This document shows positions 26,397 through 28,843 of a stretch of DNA of 28,843 nucleotides, in pieces. The notes beneath the pieces are model-generated. The model saw only the letters and a list, made by a program, of their open reading frames with translations, was not told where the DNA came from and ran no database searches. The position numbers and the translations under genes are program-made. Every line of letters starts with the position of its first letter. The stretch's first letter is position 1. This DNA is from Nitrosopumilaceae archaeon (GTDB lineage Archaea > Thermoproteota > Nitrososphaeria > Nitrososphaerales > Nitrosopumilaceae): positions 1 to 28,843 of the forward strand of contig JBQTHX010000016.1 of assembly GCA_052389415.1 (NCBI GenBank), in the 5' to 3' direction.

Positions 26397-26528
26397 ATGA
26401 GCCTAAAACTAAAAGGGGTAGAGTGCATCGGATGCGGATATCAAAGTGCAATAGTGTATTTTGATGCAAGGTATCATGGCCTCAGAAGCCGATGTCCAAA
26501 ATGCGGTGGAGACTATCCCGAGTCTTAG
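26397..26528 (+). CDS. 43-aa zinc-ribbon protein, putative
   Basis: Translated by hand as MSLKLKGVECIGCGYQSAIVYFDARYHGLRSRCPKCGGDYPES, with CxxC...CxxC. Confidence 0.35.
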   Translation: MSLKLKGVECIGCGYQSAIVYFDARYHGLRSRCPKCGGDYPES

Positions 26529-26690
26529 CTTTGCCAAGAACCAAAATGCCAGGTACAAAAGATAAGTAGAGCAAGTCTTCTTGCTCTACTATGGTAAAAA
26601 GGAAAAAGGGTAAACATAGTAGGGTTGCAGACCAACGTGCTGCACGCAGAAAGAGAAAGTAGCTTTTGCTAATCCAACAAATCTAAATGT

Positions 26691-27512
26691 CTATAGTCTT
26701 ACCAGAAAGAGATTGTGACTTTTTGCATTTACTACAATAATTCCTGTGATTGCTATGACAAGGATTAGAACAGCTATTGGACCAAACTCTGGAACAATAT
26801 TGCTTCCAAGTATCGTAACTGTTTCAGATTTTGAAGTGAGAGGAATCGTTAATCTGTTGATGCCGCCATCTTCCTTTATCTCAAATTCAGTGATTGGCTG
26901 ATTATCTACCCAGACTATCAAGTCGCCAGAAATTAGATCTTTTGGAAGTTTTAAAACAAAAAGATCTCCATCATTTCCTTTTCCTGCCATTGTGAAAGTG
27001 ACTGCCTTTTGACTTTCATCTATCTCTGCGCTTAAAAGTGTCTTTTCCAACAAGTATTCTATATCAAATGTGGTCTTGCCGTCGCCAGCATCTGCTCCAA
27101 CGTTACGTAATACCTTCATCGACTCTCCCCCAACAACAGTGATCTTTCCTATCATCCAGGGATGTATGGCACAATAGTATGGATATGTGCCGCCCTTGAC
27201 AAATTTGTGACTAAATAATTTTCCAGCTCCAAAAAGACTGCTGTCAAAAAGGCCATCTGGTCCATCTGTTGGGTTTCCACTGGTTACAGTATGTGACGCA
27301 GTGTCTCCATTTCCCCACGAGACAGTGTCATAGAGTTCAATAGTAAGTTCCCATGGACTGTAGAAAAATCTCTTTTCTGCGTTTGTAGGATCTGCAGCTC
27401 CAGTTGGGATAGTAACATCCCAAGTTCTTGCAGATGCCAGATTATACCCAACTGGAATTAAAAGCAAGACAAGAATAGAACAAATCAGAATCCTTTTCAT
27501 ATCTTTTTTCAA
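26691..27512 (-). CDS. secreted type-1 (blue) copper protein, cupredoxin fold, with PEFG-type C-terminal anchor
   Basis: It has a signal peptide and the copper ligand pattern HTVTSG ... YYCAIHPWM (H, C-x2-H-x2-M). The C-terminus VPEFGPIAVLILVIAITGIIVV is a PEFG motif followed by a TM helix and a basic tail. Confidence 0.85.
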   Translation of the reverse strand: MKKDMKRILICSILVLLLIPVGYNLASARTWDVTIPTGAADPTNAEKRFFYSPWELTIELYDTVSWGNGDTASHTVTSGNPTDGPDGLFDSSLFGAGKLFSHKFVKGGTYPYYCAIHPWMIGKITVVGGESMKVLRNVGADAGDGKTTFDIEYLLEKTLLSAEIDESQKAVTFTMAGKGNDGDLFVLKLPKDLISGDLIVWVDNQPITEFEIKEDGGINRLTIPLTSKSETVTILGSNIVPEFGPIAVLILVIAITGIIVVNAKSHNLFLVRL

Positions 27513-27538
27513 AACTGAAAGTTATTAGACTTTACTAT

Positions 27539-28843
27539 CTAATTTGTAGTTGCAAATTGTTCTGACGCCATGACCAAGCTTGTTACATCGGACTGGGAAT
27601 GGACTGCAGAAAATGCGCCAAGTTTTCCTGGCAGGAAAAAAATTCCTTTTTTTGCTATCAGATCAAAGTGGTATCTTTGAAGCATCTTTGTGTCACACTT
27701 TGAGGCATCTTGGGCATTATTGACCTCTGAAACATTATTTGAGACAAAGTGAGTCATAAACAACGATCCCATGCCTGTTGAGACCACCTTTCCATCAAAG
27801 ACTCTGGTTAACTCCTTTCTTGTTCTATGGCCCAAAGAGTTCAACTTGTCGTAGATAGAACCTGATTTTTTCTTGAGATGACTAATCATTACACGGCCTG
27901 CTGTCATTGTGATTGGATTTGCAGAAAAAGTTCCCCCCCCAATATATGATCTTTCAAGTTTTGTATGCGAGTTTGTATTTGCAATTTCCATAATCTCCTC
28001 CTTGCCGCAAATGACACCGATTGGAAATCCTCCTCCAACAATTTTTCCCAAGGTAACAATGTCAGGATCAAGATTCATTTTTTTGTAAAGACAACCAAAC
28101 GAAAATCTAAAACCAGTCACTATTTCATCAAGCAAAAACATGGCATTGTTTGTGTGGACAAATTCTTGTATTCCTAAAAGATACTCTTTGGTTGCAGGAA
28201 TGCAGCCTCCTCCTCCAAGGACAGGCTCTATTATTACTCCAGCAAGATCATCTTTTACAGAGTTTAAAATTTCAAGCGACTTTTGCAAATCATTGTACGG
28301 CATTGAAACTATATTCAAGTCGTCTGCAATTCCCTTGCTCTCCTTTTGATCAAAGGGCCAGTTGACTGATTTTAAAAGATCTGTTGTGTATCCATGCCAT
28401 CCGCCATCAATCTTTGCAATAATCTTTTTTCCAGTAAATGCTCGTGCAATCCTTACTGCATACATCGTTGCTTCAGTGCCAGACGAAACATATCGAATCT
28501 TTTCTGCAACAGGTACTGCCTTTTGTATTATCTCAGAAAATGATACTGTCATCTCGTTTACAGTACCATGCATCCAACATGCAGGCAGTTGTTTTTTTAC
28601 TTGAGCAGAGACTGCTGAATGCGCGTGACCTAGGATCAAGCTCCAGTGACCCATCCAGTAATCTACATACTTGTTTCCGTCAATGTCATACAGAAATTTT
28701 CCTTTAGCTGATCTTGTCACAAAAGGATATGGCTCAAAAAATCTGATATTGTGACTAACACCATTGACGTGAAATTTTTTTGATCTTTCAAAAAGCAGGC
28801 CAGACTTTTTCGTCTTCTTTTTGTAAATCTCTAATGGTGACAA
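27539..28843 (-). CDS. class III aminotransferase, glutamate-1-semialdehyde 2,1-aminomutase-like
   Basis: [53 protein letters not shown] and the PLP-lysine context [12 protein letters not shown] support the call. The ORF runs to the window edge, so the N-terminus may be cut by a few residues. Confidence 0.85.
   Translation of the reverse strand: MSPLEIYKKKTKKSGLLFERSKKFHVNGVSHNIRFFEPYPFVTRSAKGKFLYDIDGNKYVDYWMGHWSLILGHAHSAVSAQVKKQLPACWMHGTVNEMTVSFSEIIQKAVPVAEKIRYVSSGTEATMYAVRIARAFTGKKIIAKIDGGWHGYTTDLLKSVNWPFDQKESKGIADDLNIVSMPYNDLQKSLEILNSVKDDLAGVIIEPVLGGGGCIPATKEYLLGIQEFVHTNNAMFLLDEIVTGFRFSFGCLYKKMNLDPDIVTLGKIVGGGFPIGVICGKEEIMEIANTNSHTKLERSYIGGGTFSANPITMTAGRVMISHLKKKSGSIYDKLNSLGHRTRKELTRVFDGKVVSTGMGSLFMTHFVSNNVSEVNNAQDASKCDTKMLQRYHFDLIAKKGIFFLPGKLGAFSAVHSQSDVTSLVMASEQFATTN

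Overview
AT-rich archaeal chromosome segment. aEF-2, a cupredoxin with a PEFG-type C-terminal anchor and mqn-like genes point to a Nitrosopumilus-like thaumarchaeon. Host genes sit at both ends. On the left are a 744-aa repeat-built coiled-coil protein and a small secreted protein. On the right are aEF-2, a SIS-domain protein, an MqnA/MqnD-family protein, an MqnC/MqnE-type radical SAM enzyme, small membrane and zinc-ribbon proteins, a blue-copper protein and a GSA-aminomutase-like aminotransferase. The central ~17.1 kb (2956-20035) is a mobile element with casposon architecture, i.e. a self-synthesizing transposon. It encodes a stand-alone Cas1 (18624-19709, -) and a protein-primed-type family B DNA polymerase (8473-10356, -). 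It is bounded by 39-bp terminal inverted repeats (38/39 identical). It is flanked by a perfect 19-21 bp direct duplication of the last five codons plus stop of aEF-2. No CRISPR array, Cas2, Cas4, tyrosine/serine integrase or capsid-like gene is visible. Cargo includes an XPD/DinG-like DEAH helicase with a Cys cluster, RHH/wHTH regulators, zinc-ribbon and membrane proteins, a HEPN-domain protein and a 360-aa orphan. It also includes a translationally coupled two-gene STAND-like module: a DUF4062-like N-terminus plus P-loop NTPase, followed by a HEAT-like repeat protein. That module is the best candidate for something undescribed, possibly a defence or addiction system riding on a casposon. I saw no tRNA, rRNA or CRISPR repeats. 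All domain calls rest on motifs read by eye, not on searches.
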